A DNA stretch of 64,000 bases from an uncultured Clostridia bacterium (GCA_938049335.1 CALIYX010000009.1:127258-191257), one strand, 5' to 3'; positions 26,699 through 35,992 are shown, counted from the first letter of the stretch. The notes: a model not told the origin generated them from the letters alone. Made by a program: numbers and translations.

Positions 26699-28072
26699 CT
26701 AAAGATCGCTGATGGCGATTTCCTTCATTATCGCGCATTCCATACGCTTCTTGAAGAGCTCGCAGCCGAACTCGTAAACACCTCTGATATCGCCGGAAGA
26801 CTTAAAGCCATTAGCTGCACAGCCACCGCTACAATATAGCTTAGCCCAGCAATCACGGCAGTCCTCTCTAGCGTAGACATTGCACATTTTGAACTCATCC
26901 TTGATATCGTCTCTTTTGATTCCATCAAAGATATTGCCCATCAAATATTCAGGCTCACCAACAAACTGGTGACATGGATAGAGGTCTCCCTGAGGCGTCA
27001 CCGCAAAGTACTCTGTACCCGATCCGCAGCCCGAAATCCTCTTATATATGCAAGGTCCATGGTTCAAATCTATCATATAGTGATAGAAGGTGAAATCCTT
27101 GCCCTGCTTGTGCATCTCAATCATTTCCTTAGCAAGCTTTTCATACTGTTCAAAAATCACAGGAAGGTCTTCATTACTAAGCGCAAACTCGCTATCAGGC
27201 TCACAGACGACAGGCTCAAGTGACAGCTCATCAAAGCCTAGATATAGCATCTGCTTGATATCCTCGGTAAAGTCCGTATTGTACTTGGTATAGGTTCCGC
27301 GAATGTAGTAGCCCTTGCCACCGCGTGACTCAACGAGCTTCTGAAACTTAGGCACTATGACATCATAGCTACCCTTGCCGTCTGCAGTCGTTCTCTCACG
27401 GTCATGGACTTCCTTACGTCCATCTAGGCTCAAAACAACATTATGACATTCCTTATTGGCAAACTCAATAACCTCATCGTTTATGCCCATGCCATTAGTC
27501 GTAAGCGTAAATCTAAAGTTCTTACCGTGTTCCTTCTCAATCGACCTTGCGTAAGCAACCGTGTCCTTAACTACATCAAAGTTAAGAAGCGGCTCCCCGC
27601 CAAAGAAATCGACCTCGAGATTGCGTCTTGAACCTGAGTTTTCTATCAAAAAGTCAATGGCCCTACGAGCAATTTCCTTGCTCATGAGAGCGCTCTTTCC
27701 CTTAAATCTTCCCTGTCCTGCAAAGCAGTATGAACATGTCAAATCACATGTATGCGCAACATGAAGACATAGTGCCTTGATGTCTGTATGTCTGTTTTTT
27801 AGAACGCTTGCCTTAGGCTCGTAGATGTCCTCGGTAAACAGCTTAACCGCTTTCTTTAGTGAAACAACATCTTCATAGGTCTCGATTACCTCAGCCTCTG
27901 TCACATCCTCAAGATGCCCGTAGTTCTTCATGATGTATTCTACGATCTCGCCCTTAGTCTTCTCACAAAAAAGACGGATGATGTCATAAGCAACATCATC
28001 CACCACATGTACTGCTCCGCTATAAACGTCGATTACAATGTTGTAACCATTTAGCTTATACTGATGTACCAT
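26699..28072 (-). CDS. Radical SAM/SPASM maturase for the SCIFF ranthipeptide
   Basis: A 457-aa protein with a CxxxCxxC cluster (CDLTCSYC) and a C-terminal Cys-rich SPASM region. It is translationally coupled to the SCIFF precursor gene immediately upstream. Confidence 0.8.
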   Translation of the reverse strand: MVHQYKLNGYNIVIDVYSGAVHVVDDVAYDIIRLFCEKTKGEIVEYIMKNYGHLEDVTEAEVIETYEDVVSLKKAVKLFTEDIYEPKASVLKNRHTDIKALCLHVAHTCDLTCSYCFAGQGRFKGKSALMSKEIARRAIDFLIENSGSRRNLEVDFFGGEPLLNFDVVKDTVAYARSIEKEHGKNFRFTLTTNGMGINDEVIEFANKECHNVVLSLDGRKEVHDRERTTADGKGSYDVIVPKFQKLVESRGGKGYYIRGTYTKYNTDFTEDIKQMLYLGFDELSLEPVVCEPDSEFALSNEDLPVIFEQYEKLAKEMIEMHKQGKDFTFYHYMIDLNHGPCIYKRISGCGSGTEYFAVTPQGDLYPCHQFVGEPEYLMGNIFDGIKRDDIKDEFKMCNVYAREDCRDCWAKLYCSGGCAANGFKSSGDIRGVYEFGCELFKKRMECAIMKEIAISDL

Positions 28073-28073
28073 A

Positions 28074-28217
28074 CTAGTTCTTCTTCTCGCACTCCTGGTT
28101 AGCTACACCACATGAAGTCTTGCAAGCTGACTGGCATGATGTCTGGCACTCACCACAGCCGCCGTCCTTTAGGCTGTCCTTAAGATCTCTTGTCTCTATA
28201 GTCTTGATTCTCTTCAT
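28074..28217 (-). CDS. SCIFF precursor peptide (six cysteines in forty-five residues)
   Basis: I translated it from the minus strand as MKRIKTIETRDLKDSLKDGGCGECQTSCQSACKTSCGVANQECEKKN, 47 aa with 6 Cys. It carries the classic SCIFF motif GGCGECQTSCQSACKTSC. It is absent from the ORF track, which is cut off at 60 aa. Confidence 0.85.
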   Translation of the reverse strand: MKRIKTIETRDLKDSLKDGGCGECQTSCQSACKTSCGVANQECEKKN

Positions 28218-28294
28218 TATCGTACCTCTTTCGTAAAAAATCTGAATAAGTTCGCGTGTAAATCACCCATCAAAAGGTAAAATTACACACTGAT

Positions 28295-28323
28295 ATATTA
28301 TCTTTTTGGGTCCAACTTGTCAA
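28295..28323 (-). promoter_or_regulatory. Sigma-A promoter of the SCIFF operon (TTGACA-17 nt-TAATAT)
   Basis: On the minus strand the -35 is at plus 28318-28323 and the -10 at plus 28295-28300. Confidence 0.5.
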
Positions 28324-28360
28324 GCTACATAAAGCTCTAGGTCCCATCTGAAACGTATTT

Positions 28361-30004
28361 CTACTTTGTTGGCTTGTAGCTGCTCTTTAGCCCTACAATC
28401 TTATTGAATACCTTCTCATCTTCTGTGTTTAGCTTGCTATCTGCGATGTAGTATCCATGTCTAAAGAACTGGAAGCGTTCTCCCGCCTTTGCATCTGCAA
28501 GCGCTGGCTCTGCGTAGGCAATCTTCTCTACCTTAGATGCTTCATTAGGAACTAGATTTCCGTTCTCATCTTCTATCAAAAGTTGATCGTACTCTCTAAT
28601 CTTAATCTGAACAGCAGTCTTAGCATCAACGAAGTGGATTGTACCTTTAACCTTACGCTCTGTGAAGTCAAGTCCGCTTCTTGTTGCAGGATCATAGGTA
28701 CAGTGAAGCTCTTTGATGCTTCCATCTTCGTTTTTGATGACTTCCTCGCACTTGATGAAGTATGCGCCCTTGAATCTTACCTCGTTACCCGGAAAGAGTC
28801 TGAAATACTTCTTTGCAGGAACCTCCATGAAGTCCTCTCCATCGACGTAGAGTTCATTTGAGAATGGAATCTCTCTCACGCCCATCTCTGGAACATTCTT
28901 ATTGTTCTCTATCTCAACCATCTCTGTCTTGTCCTCAGGATAGTTTGTGATTACAACTTTGATAGGATTCTCAACTACGTTTCTGCTCTCAACCTTGTCC
29001 TGAAGGTCTTCTCTGACGCAGTGCTCAAGAAGTGATGATTCAACCGTGCTGTTAGCCTTTGCCACGCCTATTCTCTCACAGAAGTCTCTGATTGCCTCAG
29101 GTGTATAGCCTCTTCTTCTCAGGCCTGCAATGGTAGGCATGCGCGGATCATCCCAGCCCTCAACAACGCCGTCATCAACTAGTCCCTTTAGAAGTCTCTT
29201 GCTCATAACCGTTCCTGTTAGATTAAGTCTTGCAAACTCAATCTGGCGAGGTGGATTTTCCCAAAAGCCAACTTCATCCAAAACCCAGTTGTATAGCGGT
29301 CTGTGGTCCTCAAACTCTAGCGAGCAAAGCGAATGTGTGATTCCTTCAATCGCATCCTCTATAGGGTGAGCAAAGTCGTACATCGGATAGATGCACCATT
29401 CGTCTCCAGTGTTGTGGTGTGTGGCATGCGCAATCCTGTAAATTACAGGGTCTCTCATGTTTATATTAGGAGATGACATATCAATCTTTGCTCTTAGGAC
29501 CTTTTCGCCATCGGCGAACTTGCCAGCTCTCATATCCTCGAACAAAGCGAGATTCTCCTCTACACTTCTGTTTCTAAATGGGCTTTCCTTACCAGGCTCC
29601 TTAAGTGTTCCTCTGTACTCTTTAATCTGCTCTGCAGTAAGGTCATCTACAAAGGCCTTTCCTTTTTTGATTAAGGCAACAGCAGCATCGTACATTGTCT
29701 CAAAATATGAAGACGCCCATAGCTGTTTCTCCCACTTAAAACCAAGCCACTTGATGTCCTCTTCGATTGCATCAACATACTCTACATCCTCCTTGACAGG
29801 GTTTGTATCGTCATATCTGAGATTGCACTTTCCATTGTACTTTAGCGCAGTTGTGAAGTTGACGCAAATTGCCTTAGCATGTCCGATGTGTAGATAGCCA
29901 TTTGGCTCAGGCGGAAAACGAGTATATACCTCTTTGTATACTCCATCCTCCAAGTCCTTGTCTATGAAATTATGTATAAAGTTATTTGAAATAGGTTCGC
30001 TCAT
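28361..30004 (-). CDS. glnS: Glutaminyl-tRNA synthetase
   Basis: A 547-aa protein with a HIGH motif (HIGHAKA) and a KMSKS-like motif (VMSKR). RBS GGTAGGAGGCAAAG-ATG. Confidence 0.85.
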   Translation of the reverse strand: MSEPISNNFIHNFIDKDLEDGVYKEVYTRFPPEPNGYLHIGHAKAICVNFTTALKYNGKCNLRYDDTNPVKEDVEYVDAIEEDIKWLGFKWEKQLWASSYFETMYDAAVALIKKGKAFVDDLTAEQIKEYRGTLKEPGKESPFRNRSVEENLALFEDMRAGKFADGEKVLRAKIDMSSPNINMRDPVIYRIAHATHHNTGDEWCIYPMYDFAHPIEDAIEGITHSLCSLEFEDHRPLYNWVLDEVGFWENPPRQIEFARLNLTGTVMSKRLLKGLVDDGVVEGWDDPRMPTIAGLRRRGYTPEAIRDFCERIGVAKANSTVESSLLEHCVREDLQDKVESRNVVENPIKVVITNYPEDKTEMVEIENNKNVPEMGVREIPFSNELYVDGEDFMEVPAKKYFRLFPGNEVRFKGAYFIKCEEVIKNEDGSIKELHCTYDPATRSGLDFTERKVKGTIHFVDAKTAVQIKIREYDQLLIEDENGNLVPNEASKVEKIAYAEPALADAKAGERFQFFRHGYYIADSKLNTEDEKVFNKIVGLKSSYKPTK

Positions 30005-30155
30005 CTTTGCCTCCTACCGTTTATTAGCACCTTGTAGTATATCATAAAATCTACTTATTTTAAACAAGTATGGGAAATTAAATCCCCTAACTAGACTTAT
30101 GCTATACTACTTCTGTTGTCATTCTCCAAACCGGCAACGGAAAGGAGGTGCAAAA

Positions 30156-30251
30156 GTGCTTAAGCTATTGGCTTTCATATCGGCTATTATGGCAGAAGTA
30201 ATCGCACATTACATCTGCAAGTGGTTAGATAGTCTAAGTGATGACAATTAG
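30156..30251 (+). CDS. Candidate type I toxin: 31-aa Fst-like hydrophobic peptide (GTG start)
   Basis: The strong SD AAAGGAGGTG lies 7 nt before GTG. The translation is MLKLLAFISAIMAEVIAHYICKWLDSLSDDN, a TM helix with an acidic tail. A bidirectional terminator follows within 8 nt, and an extended -10 (TGcTATACT, 30101-30109) lies upstream. At <60 aa it is not in the ORF track. Confidence 0.5.
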   Translation: MLKLLAFISAIMAEVIAHYICKWLDSLSDDN

Positions 30252-30255
30252 CCCA

Positions 30256-30322
30256 ATGAAAAAGACGGAGTCGCACCTCCGTCTTTTTTGGCGTGCAAAA
30301 GTGCATGCCGTTGGCTTTTATT
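30256..30322 (-). ncRNA. Candidate antitoxin sRNA (~65 nt) convergent with the 31-aa ORF
   Basis: It is predicted from the promoter at 30329-30356 through to the shared terminator. It contains GCACUUUUGCAC, which is complementary to the SD and start region of the peptide mRNA. The 12-nt direct repeat GTGCAAAAGTGC occurs at 30148-30159 and at 30293-30304. Confidence 0.4.
30259..30288. terminator. Bidirectional rho-independent terminator (A-run/stem/T-run)
   Basis: The hairpin is AAAAAGACGGAG-tcgcac-CTCCGTCTTTTT with a 12-bp stem. Uridine tracts are available in both transcription directions. Confidence 0.7.
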
Positions 30323-30328
30323 ACCTAT

Positions 30329-30356
30329 ATTATATCACAGTGCAATTCGATGTCAA
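30329..30356 (-). promoter_or_regulatory. Near-consensus sigma-A promoter driving the antisense sRNA (TTGACA-16 nt-TGaTATAAT)
   Basis: On the minus strand the -35 TTGACA is at plus 30351-30356, the TG at 30336-30337 and TATAAT at 30329-30334. No protein-coding gene lies downstream before the terminator. Confidence 0.5.
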
Positions 30357-30409
30357 CTTTCCAAACTTCTGTATGGGAAATTCGCAAAGCCTGTATTTTT
30401 CAGATGCGT

Positions 30410-30775
30410 TTAGGCTTTTCGCATAGTTCTACTTGACACGAGATTTACACCCGTTCCTAGAAAATCAGCTATGATAACCTGGTTTACGGCAATCGGTGCC
30501 TGAACTTTGATAGTTTTTATTTCATCCATTGCCTCCTGCCACATGTCAAGCGGCATTTCTCCATCCGTTATGACTGGGATAACTCTGCTCAAAGCGCCCT
30601 CTATCCTAACCGTTGATGTAAGGATTCGCATAGGTCTTATTACCTCTTGGCGCGCGTAATTTAGACCTTCCTTACAGCCATATCCCTGTACATCTTTGAC
30701 CTCATCTCCCTCAAGCTGCACTGTTACATTGCAGCCCTTTGGGCAGTTGACACAAACTAATTCCTCTTGTCTCAT
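30410..30775 (-). CDS. DUF1667-family protein (Cys-rich N-terminus)
   Basis: A 121-aa protein with N-terminus CVNCPKGC. It is the third gene of the conserved FAD-oxidoreductase trio. Confidence 0.6.
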   Translation of the reverse strand: MRQEELVCVNCPKGCNVTVQLEGDEVKDVQGYGCKEGLNYARQEVIRPMRILTSTVRIEGALSRVIPVITDGEMPLDMWQEAMDEIKTIKVQAPIAVNQVIIADFLGTGVNLVSSRTMRKA

Positions 30776-30785
30776 TTCAATTCCT

Positions 30786-32033
30786 TTAGCTTTCTTTTAT
30801 TTGAACTAGCAGATCCCCTTCGGCATCCTCTAGCATGGTATTTGCAATAATTACCTGCTCCATCTCAGAAGGTATCAGGTGATCTTTATGGATTGACCTT
30901 ATCACCTTGCCACCCTTGCTGATTTCTATTGTAACATCTGTCAAAGGCTTTCTAACCCTGAAATAAAGAGTTACAGTCTTAGGCAAGTTTTCCTTATGCA
31001 GCTTTGCTGGAACCACGTAGCCGATGAGGTTTCCCGCTTTGACACTGCTGTAATCACCGCCCGAACCGTTTAGGTATCTGAGTGCACCTAGCGCAGCTTC
31101 TCCTGCCTGCTTTGTTACAAAGTCTGCTAGGTCGTGAACGTGAAGTCCGTTTCCGCATGCGAAGATTCCTGGCACTGACGTCATGTAGTTTTCGTCTACT
31201 ATAGGGCCGCGAGTGCTCATGTCCATGTCTACTCCAGCTTCCTCAGCAAGGCTGTTTTCTGGAATCAGTCCTACGCTTAGCAGAAGTGTATCTACATCAA
31301 AATACATCTCGCTTCCTGGTATAGGGTTTCTATTTTCGTCCACCTTTGCTAGTTCAATTTTTTCTAGTCTATCTTCGCCGTAAACATTTGTTACTGTATG
31401 TGAGAGATATAGCGGAATCCCAAAGTCATCGAGGCACTGCTTCATATTTCTTGGAAGCCCATTGCTGTAAGGCATGAGTTCGGCTACGCCTAAAACCTTT
31501 GCTCCCTCAAGGCTCATTCTTCTTGCCATGATGAGCCCTATATCACCTGAGCCTAGGATGAACACGCTCTTTCCTACCATGTAGCCGTCTATGTTTAGAT
31601 ATCTCTGAGCCTGACCTGCTGTGTAGACTCCTGTCGGACGTTCACCGGAAATAGCTAGAGCACCTCGGCTTCTCTCGTAGCAGCCTACAGATAGAATGAT
31701 GATGTCTGCCTGTAGCTTTTGATATCCCTCTTCTTGGTTTACATACTCGATAATTCTATCGCTACTCATGTGAGTTACCATGGTGTTCAGTTTGACTTCG
31801 ACACCGGCTTCAACTACCTGATCTTCGTATCTTTCTGCAAAACTTGGCCCGCTGAGCTGTTCCTTAAAGGTTGTTAGACCAAAGCCATTATGTATGCACT
31901 GGTTGAGAACACCGCCGAGCTCTGCATCTTTTTCGATGAGAACTACATCCTTGAGACCTTCCTGCTTTAGTTTTGCTGCCGCAGCTAATCCTCCGCAGCC
32001 TCCACCTATAACTACTGCCTGACACTGTCTCAT
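30786..32033 (-). CDS. FAD/NAD(P)-binding oxidoreductase (pyridine nucleotide-disulfide family)
   Basis: A 415-aa protein with N-terminal GxGxxG (VIGGGCGG) and a second dinucleotide fold (ILGSGDIG). Confidence 0.6.
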   Translation of the reverse strand: MRQCQAVVIGGGCGGLAAAAKLKQEGLKDVVLIEKDAELGGVLNQCIHNGFGLTTFKEQLSGPSFAERYEDQVVEAGVEVKLNTMVTHMSSDRIIEYVNQEEGYQKLQADIIILSVGCYERSRGALAISGERPTGVYTAGQAQRYLNIDGYMVGKSVFILGSGDIGLIMARRMSLEGAKVLGVAELMPYSNGLPRNMKQCLDDFGIPLYLSHTVTNVYGEDRLEKIELAKVDENRNPIPGSEMYFDVDTLLLSVGLIPENSLAEEAGVDMDMSTRGPIVDENYMTSVPGIFACGNGLHVHDLADFVTKQAGEAALGALRYLNGSGGDYSSVKAGNLIGYVVPAKLHKENLPKTVTLYFRVRKPLTDVTIEISKGGKVIRSIHKDHLIPSEMEQVIIANTMLEDAEGDLLVQIKES

Positions 32034-32034
32034 A

Positions 32035-33465
32035 CTAGCGATTCTCCCTTCCTAATATCTTTGATTTCTTTCTGTCAAGCACGACATCAACTGGCGAGCA
32101 GTTTAGCTCTCGTGCTAAGATTTCAACGACCTTAGGTTCGCAGAATCCTCCTTGGCATTTACCCATTCCTGGGCGAACGCGCTTCTTTACACCTTTGACG
32201 CTACGCGCACCGCATACCGCATTTATAGCTGCAACGATTTCTCCCTCTGAAATCTGCTCGCAGCGACAGACTATATTTCCATACTGTGGGTTTTCTTTGA
32301 TGACAGCATTCTTCTCTTCATCTGTGAGCTTTGCCATCACGATATCGCCCTTTCTAGTCATGACTGCATCAGGGTTTGGCACAAGCTCTAGTCTGTCTTT
32401 GATGTACTCTTCGATTACATACTCTGTAATTCCAGGCGAGCTTGCAAGCCCTGGTGACTCTATTGATGCAATATTTATGAAATTAGGATTATCCTCCCCT
32501 AGTGGCTCTATGATGAAGTCCTTTGATGTTGAGCTTGGTCTTGCGCCAGCAAATGTACGAATCGCCTTGTTTAGGGGAACTTCCTTTAGAATTCTAAAAA
32601 TGTTGTCCTTTATATACTTTATTCCGTCATCGCTTGTCGCTATGCTCGCCTCGTCTATAGGCTCGCTGTTAGGACCGATCAAAGTGTTTCCGTAGACTGT
32701 AGGCACAGCAAGTACGCCCTTTCCCTTCTCTGTCGGAACTGGGAAAATAACATTATCTACGATGTGCACATTCTTTTCTATGACAAAGTATTCTCCGCGT
32801 CTTGGCTTAATCTGAAAACCTACATTTTCTGTGATCATCTTGCAAATTTCTTCTGCACCAGTACCCGAGGCATTGACAACTAGTTTTGTACTAAATTCCT
32901 TGTCTCCTGCTTTGACAGTATAGCCGTATTCTGATTTTGATATGCTCTTAACCTCGTGGTTTAGGAAAAGCTCTACGCCATTTCCGATTGCAACCTGCAT
33001 GCATGCGATTGCAACTTCCCATGGGTAGATTACTGCTGTCGTCGGAAAGGAAAGCACCTTCGTTATGTTATCAACTAGGTTCGGCTCGCGAAGCCTTGCC
33101 TCATCACCTGTCAAAAACTCATGTGGTATATCCCTGCTCAAAGCCCTTCCTGCAAGGACATCAAGTTGCTTTTCCTCGTCGCTGCTACAAGCAACAACAT
33201 AGGCACCCGTTGTTTTGATAAGGCAGTTTAGATCCTCACAAAGCTTAGGGTACATACGCGCGCCCCTAACATTTAGCTTTGCCTTTAGCGTTCCGTCCTC
33301 TGGATCATAGCCTGTATGAACTATCGCAGAATTTGCCATAGTCGCTCCATTGGCCACGTCGTTTTCCTTGTCGACCACTGCTATCTTAAGCTTGTAGCGA
33401 GAAAGCTCTCTAGCCAGCATGGTGCCGCTAATTCCCGCGCCAATTATCAAAATATCAAAATTCAT
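32035..33465 (-). CDS. FAD-dependent oxidoreductase, GlpA/LhgO family with C-terminal BFD-like [2Fe-2S] domain
   Basis: A 476-aa protein with N-terminal IIGAGISG. The C-terminus CRCEQISEGE...CGARSVKGVKKRVRPGMGKCQGGFC matches the BFD-like domain. Confidence 0.6.
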   Translation of the reverse strand: MNFDILIIGAGISGTMLARELSRYKLKIAVVDKENDVANGATMANSAIVHTGYDPEDGTLKAKLNVRGARMYPKLCEDLNCLIKTTGAYVVACSSDEEKQLDVLAGRALSRDIPHEFLTGDEARLREPNLVDNITKVLSFPTTAVIYPWEVAIACMQVAIGNGVELFLNHEVKSISKSEYGYTVKAGDKEFSTKLVVNASGTGAEEICKMITENVGFQIKPRRGEYFVIEKNVHIVDNVIFPVPTEKGKGVLAVPTVYGNTLIGPNSEPIDEASIATSDDGIKYIKDNIFRILKEVPLNKAIRTFAGARPSSTSKDFIIEPLGEDNPNFINIASIESPGLASSPGITEYVIEEYIKDRLELVPNPDAVMTRKGDIVMAKLTDEEKNAVIKENPQYGNIVCRCEQISEGEIVAAINAVCGARSVKGVKKRVRPGMGKCQGGFCEPKVVEILARELNCSPVDVVLDRKKSKILGRENR

Positions 33466-33484
33466 TTTTCCTCCGAATTATTAC

Positions 33485-34822
33485 TTATTTATAGTAGCTT
33501 TCTGCAAGCTGTGTTAGTTCTGCAAACCTTGTATAGTATTTGCCTGGGCAAGCTGTTGGAACTATATCTCTATGACCGATTATAGGCTTCTTTCCGTACA
33601 TCTTCCAAAGATTTGCTATCAGTCTAGCCGTTGTATCAAAGTCACCATCTGTCATTTCAGGTCTGCACTCGATTCCTATGGTTCTTAGGTTGTAGTTCCA
33701 GTTTCCTGCATGCCAAGCTGTATCGTTTGGATTTACTATGCACTCAACTCTGCCGCCCTGCACAACATAGTGAGCTGAAGAATCTCCATTCATTCTGCAA
33801 AGCCAGCAAACTACTCCTGAGAAAGACTGTCCCTCATGTCCCCAGTGATGAATTACTATATAGTCTATTGGTTTTTCTGCTCTTCCGATGTTATAGTTAG
33901 GGCTCTGCCTTATGCCAAAGTCTATTCCATCAAAGTTAATATCGTCTCTAACTGCCCCGTCAGGTCCAACAAAGTACTTTGTTGCTCCAAAATGAAGGAA
34001 CTGGTTTGTGTAAATCTCGCCATCTTCATTAGAGAAATACCTCTTGCCATTTTGCTCTATCCACTGCGCTTTTCTGATAAACTCTCCAGTTTCATCAGCA
34101 TTATAGCTGTGATTGTTTGGCGCTTTGAAAACTCCAGTCATGGCTGCTCCATCTTTACCCATATAGTATCTATGATAGCCAAATTTAATAAACTGGTTTA
34201 CGTAGAGAACGCCCTCGGCATTAGAATAATAGTACTTTCCACCCTTCTCTATCCACTGAGCTTTTCTCTGTATTTCTCCTGTATCACTAGCGTTATAGTA
34301 GCTTCCGTCCTTACCTATAAATATGCCCTTTTGGATTGCGCCTTCTTTGTCAACGGAATACTTCTCGCCGTCATGTGATACGAACTGTTCTTTATAGATT
34401 TTACCATCTTCGTTAGATAGGTAACTATTTCCATTCTTCTCTATCCTTTGATCATTCCTTACAATCTCGCCATTGTTATTTGCATTATAGATCTCGCCAT
34501 CTCCGGCTTTGAAGATATCCTCGCCTGCAGCACCGTCAGCATCTAAATAATATCTATATGGACCAAATGACACAAACTGGTTCTTATATATTTCGCCAGT
34601 TTCACTCGTCAGATATTTTTTGCCATCCTGCTCTATCCACTGCGCTTTATTTGCTACAAGTTCATCTGTACCGGCCCTATATATGCAAACATCATTTGTA
34701 ACGTAAAGCTCTGCTCCTAGTGCCTGTTGATTGTTTTCATCTGCATAAGCATACATTACGCCAAATACTAGCACTATGCACAAAGCAAGACCAATTCTTA
34801 ATTTCAATCTCATAATATTCAC
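33485..34822 (-). CDS. Secreted N-acetylmuramoyl-L-alanine amidase (PGRP/amidase_2) with cell-wall-binding repeats
   Basis: It has a signal peptide and about 9 repeats of the form GEIYKNQFVSFGPYRYYLDADG (CW_binding_1-like). The C-terminal amidase_2 motifs are YIVIHHWGHEG, AWHAG, GIECR and HRDIVPTACPG. Confidence 0.7.
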   Translation of the reverse strand: MNIMRLKLRIGLALCIVLVFGVMYAYADENNQQALGAELYVTNDVCIYRAGTDELVANKAQWIEQDGKKYLTSETGEIYKNQFVSFGPYRYYLDADGAAGEDIFKAGDGEIYNANNNGEIVRNDQRIEKNGNSYLSNEDGKIYKEQFVSHDGEKYSVDKEGAIQKGIFIGKDGSYYNASDTGEIQRKAQWIEKGGKYYYSNAEGVLYVNQFIKFGYHRYYMGKDGAAMTGVFKAPNNHSYNADETGEFIRKAQWIEQNGKRYFSNEDGEIYTNQFLHFGATKYFVGPDGAVRDDINFDGIDFGIRQSPNYNIGRAEKPIDYIVIHHWGHEGQSFSGVVCWLCRMNGDSSAHYVVQGGRVECIVNPNDTAWHAGNWNYNLRTIGIECRPEMTDGDFDTTARLIANLWKMYGKKPIIGHRDIVPTACPGKYYTRFAELTQLAESYYK

Positions 34823-34847
34823 CCCTAAGCAAATTTAACATAGAAAC

Positions 34848-34878
34848 GGGAAGACGAAACTTCATTAACGTCTTCCCT
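34848..34878 (-). terminator. Hairpin terminator at the 3' end of the glycan operon
   Basis: The hairpin is GGGAAGACG-N12-CGTCTTCCC, located 23 nt after the stop of the last glycan gene. Confidence 0.45.
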
Positions 34879-34900
34879 TTGATGTACAATTAATCAGGTC

Positions 34901-35992
34901 TCAAAGTTTCTCTGATAGTATATCGCAAATTCTTTTTGATGCGTTTCCATCACCATATGGATTTACCGCCTTGCTCATCTTATCATATTCTTCAGGCTCA
35001 TTGATGAGCTTCATCATTTCTTTATATATATTATCTCCGTCGAGCCCAATGAGCTTTGTGCTACCTGCTTCTACACCTTCTGGTCTTTCAGTAGTATTTC
35101 TCATAACAAGCACAGGCTTTCCTAGCGAAGGAGCTTCCTCCTGTATTCCACCTGAGTCTGTGATGACAAAGAAGCATTTTTTGATGAAATTATGGAAATC
35201 TATCACATTTAAAGGCTCTATCAGCTTTATTCTAGGGTGATTTTCAAAAACCTCATAAGCAGCTTCTCTTACTGCGGGATTCAAATGAATCGGATATACC
35301 ACATAGAGATCAGGAACCTCGTTTACCACCTTTAGAATTGCTCTAAAAGCATTCTTCATCGAGTCGCCCAGGTTTTCCCTTCTGTGCATAGTTAGCAAAA
35401 TCATTCTGCCTTCATCTGAGATATATTCGTTTGTGTAGTTTTCCTTTACTGTTGTTTTTAGCGAATCAATAACGGTGTTTCCCGTTATGAATATGCTTTC
35501 GTCCCTTTTGCTCTCTTTTAGTAGATTTTGCCTTGCTGTCTCTGTAGGTGCAAAGTGAAAATCTGCAACTGAGCCTATGGCCTGCCTATTGAATTCCTCT
35601 GGGTAAGGTGAGTATTTGTTATATGTCCTAAGCCCTGCTTCGACATGTCCCACTGGAATCTTCAAATAAAATGCAGCAAGTGCCGCAGCAAAACTTGTCG
35701 TTGTATCTCCATGAACCAAGACAATATCTGGCTTTTCTCTCTTGAGTACGCTCTTAATTCTCTCTAGGACTAGGCCTGTGACATCAAAGAGATCTTGGTT
35801 TTGCTTCATTATTTCAAGATTGAAATTCTCTTTTACATCAAAGCATTCAAGCACCTGCTCCAGCATTTCTTTGTGCTGTCCAGTGACAAGAACAAACACT
35901 TCAAAATCATCTCTATTTTGTAGTTCCTTTATGAGTGGACACATTTTTATAGCTTCTGGTCTTGTACCAAAAACCACCACTACTTTTTTCAT
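34901..35992 (-). CDS. wecB: UDP-N-acetylglucosamine 2-epimerase (non-hydrolysing)
   Basis: The N-terminus is KVVVVFGTRPEAIKMCPLI with an HVEAGLRT motif. The start was set to the ATG after GGAGGCAGGA, so the ORF-track N-extension is treated as spurious. Confidence 0.8.
   Translation of the reverse strand: MKKVVVVFGTRPEAIKMCPLIKELQNRDDFEVFVLVTGQHKEMLEQVLECFDVKENFNLEIMKQNQDLFDVTGLVLERIKSVLKREKPDIVLVHGDTTTSFAAALAAFYLKIPVGHVEAGLRTYNKYSPYPEEFNRQAIGSVADFHFAPTETARQNLLKESKRDESIFITGNTVIDSLKTTVKENYTNEYISDEGRMILLTMHRRENLGDSMKNAFRAILKVVNEVPDLYVVYPIHLNPAVREAAYEVFENHPRIKLIEPLNVIDFHNFIKKCFFVITDSGGIQEEAPSLGKPVLVMRNTTERPEGVEAGSTKLIGLDGDNIYKEMMKLINEPEEYDKMSKAVNPYGDGNASKRICDILSEKL

Noticed and set aside
30005-30150. 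Possible T-box leader upstream of glnS
   Set aside because: The leader is only about 35 nt beyond a plausible sigma-A promoter. No T-box consensus (AATTAGGGTGGTACCGCG-like) or specifier hairpin is present.
32195-34378. Plus-strand ORFs at 32195-32695 (166 aa), 33316-33585, 33631-33900 and 33836-34378 (180 aa)
   Set aside because: They lie antisense to the GlpA-like oxidoreductase and the amidase genes. They have no RBS and hydrophobic junk composition.
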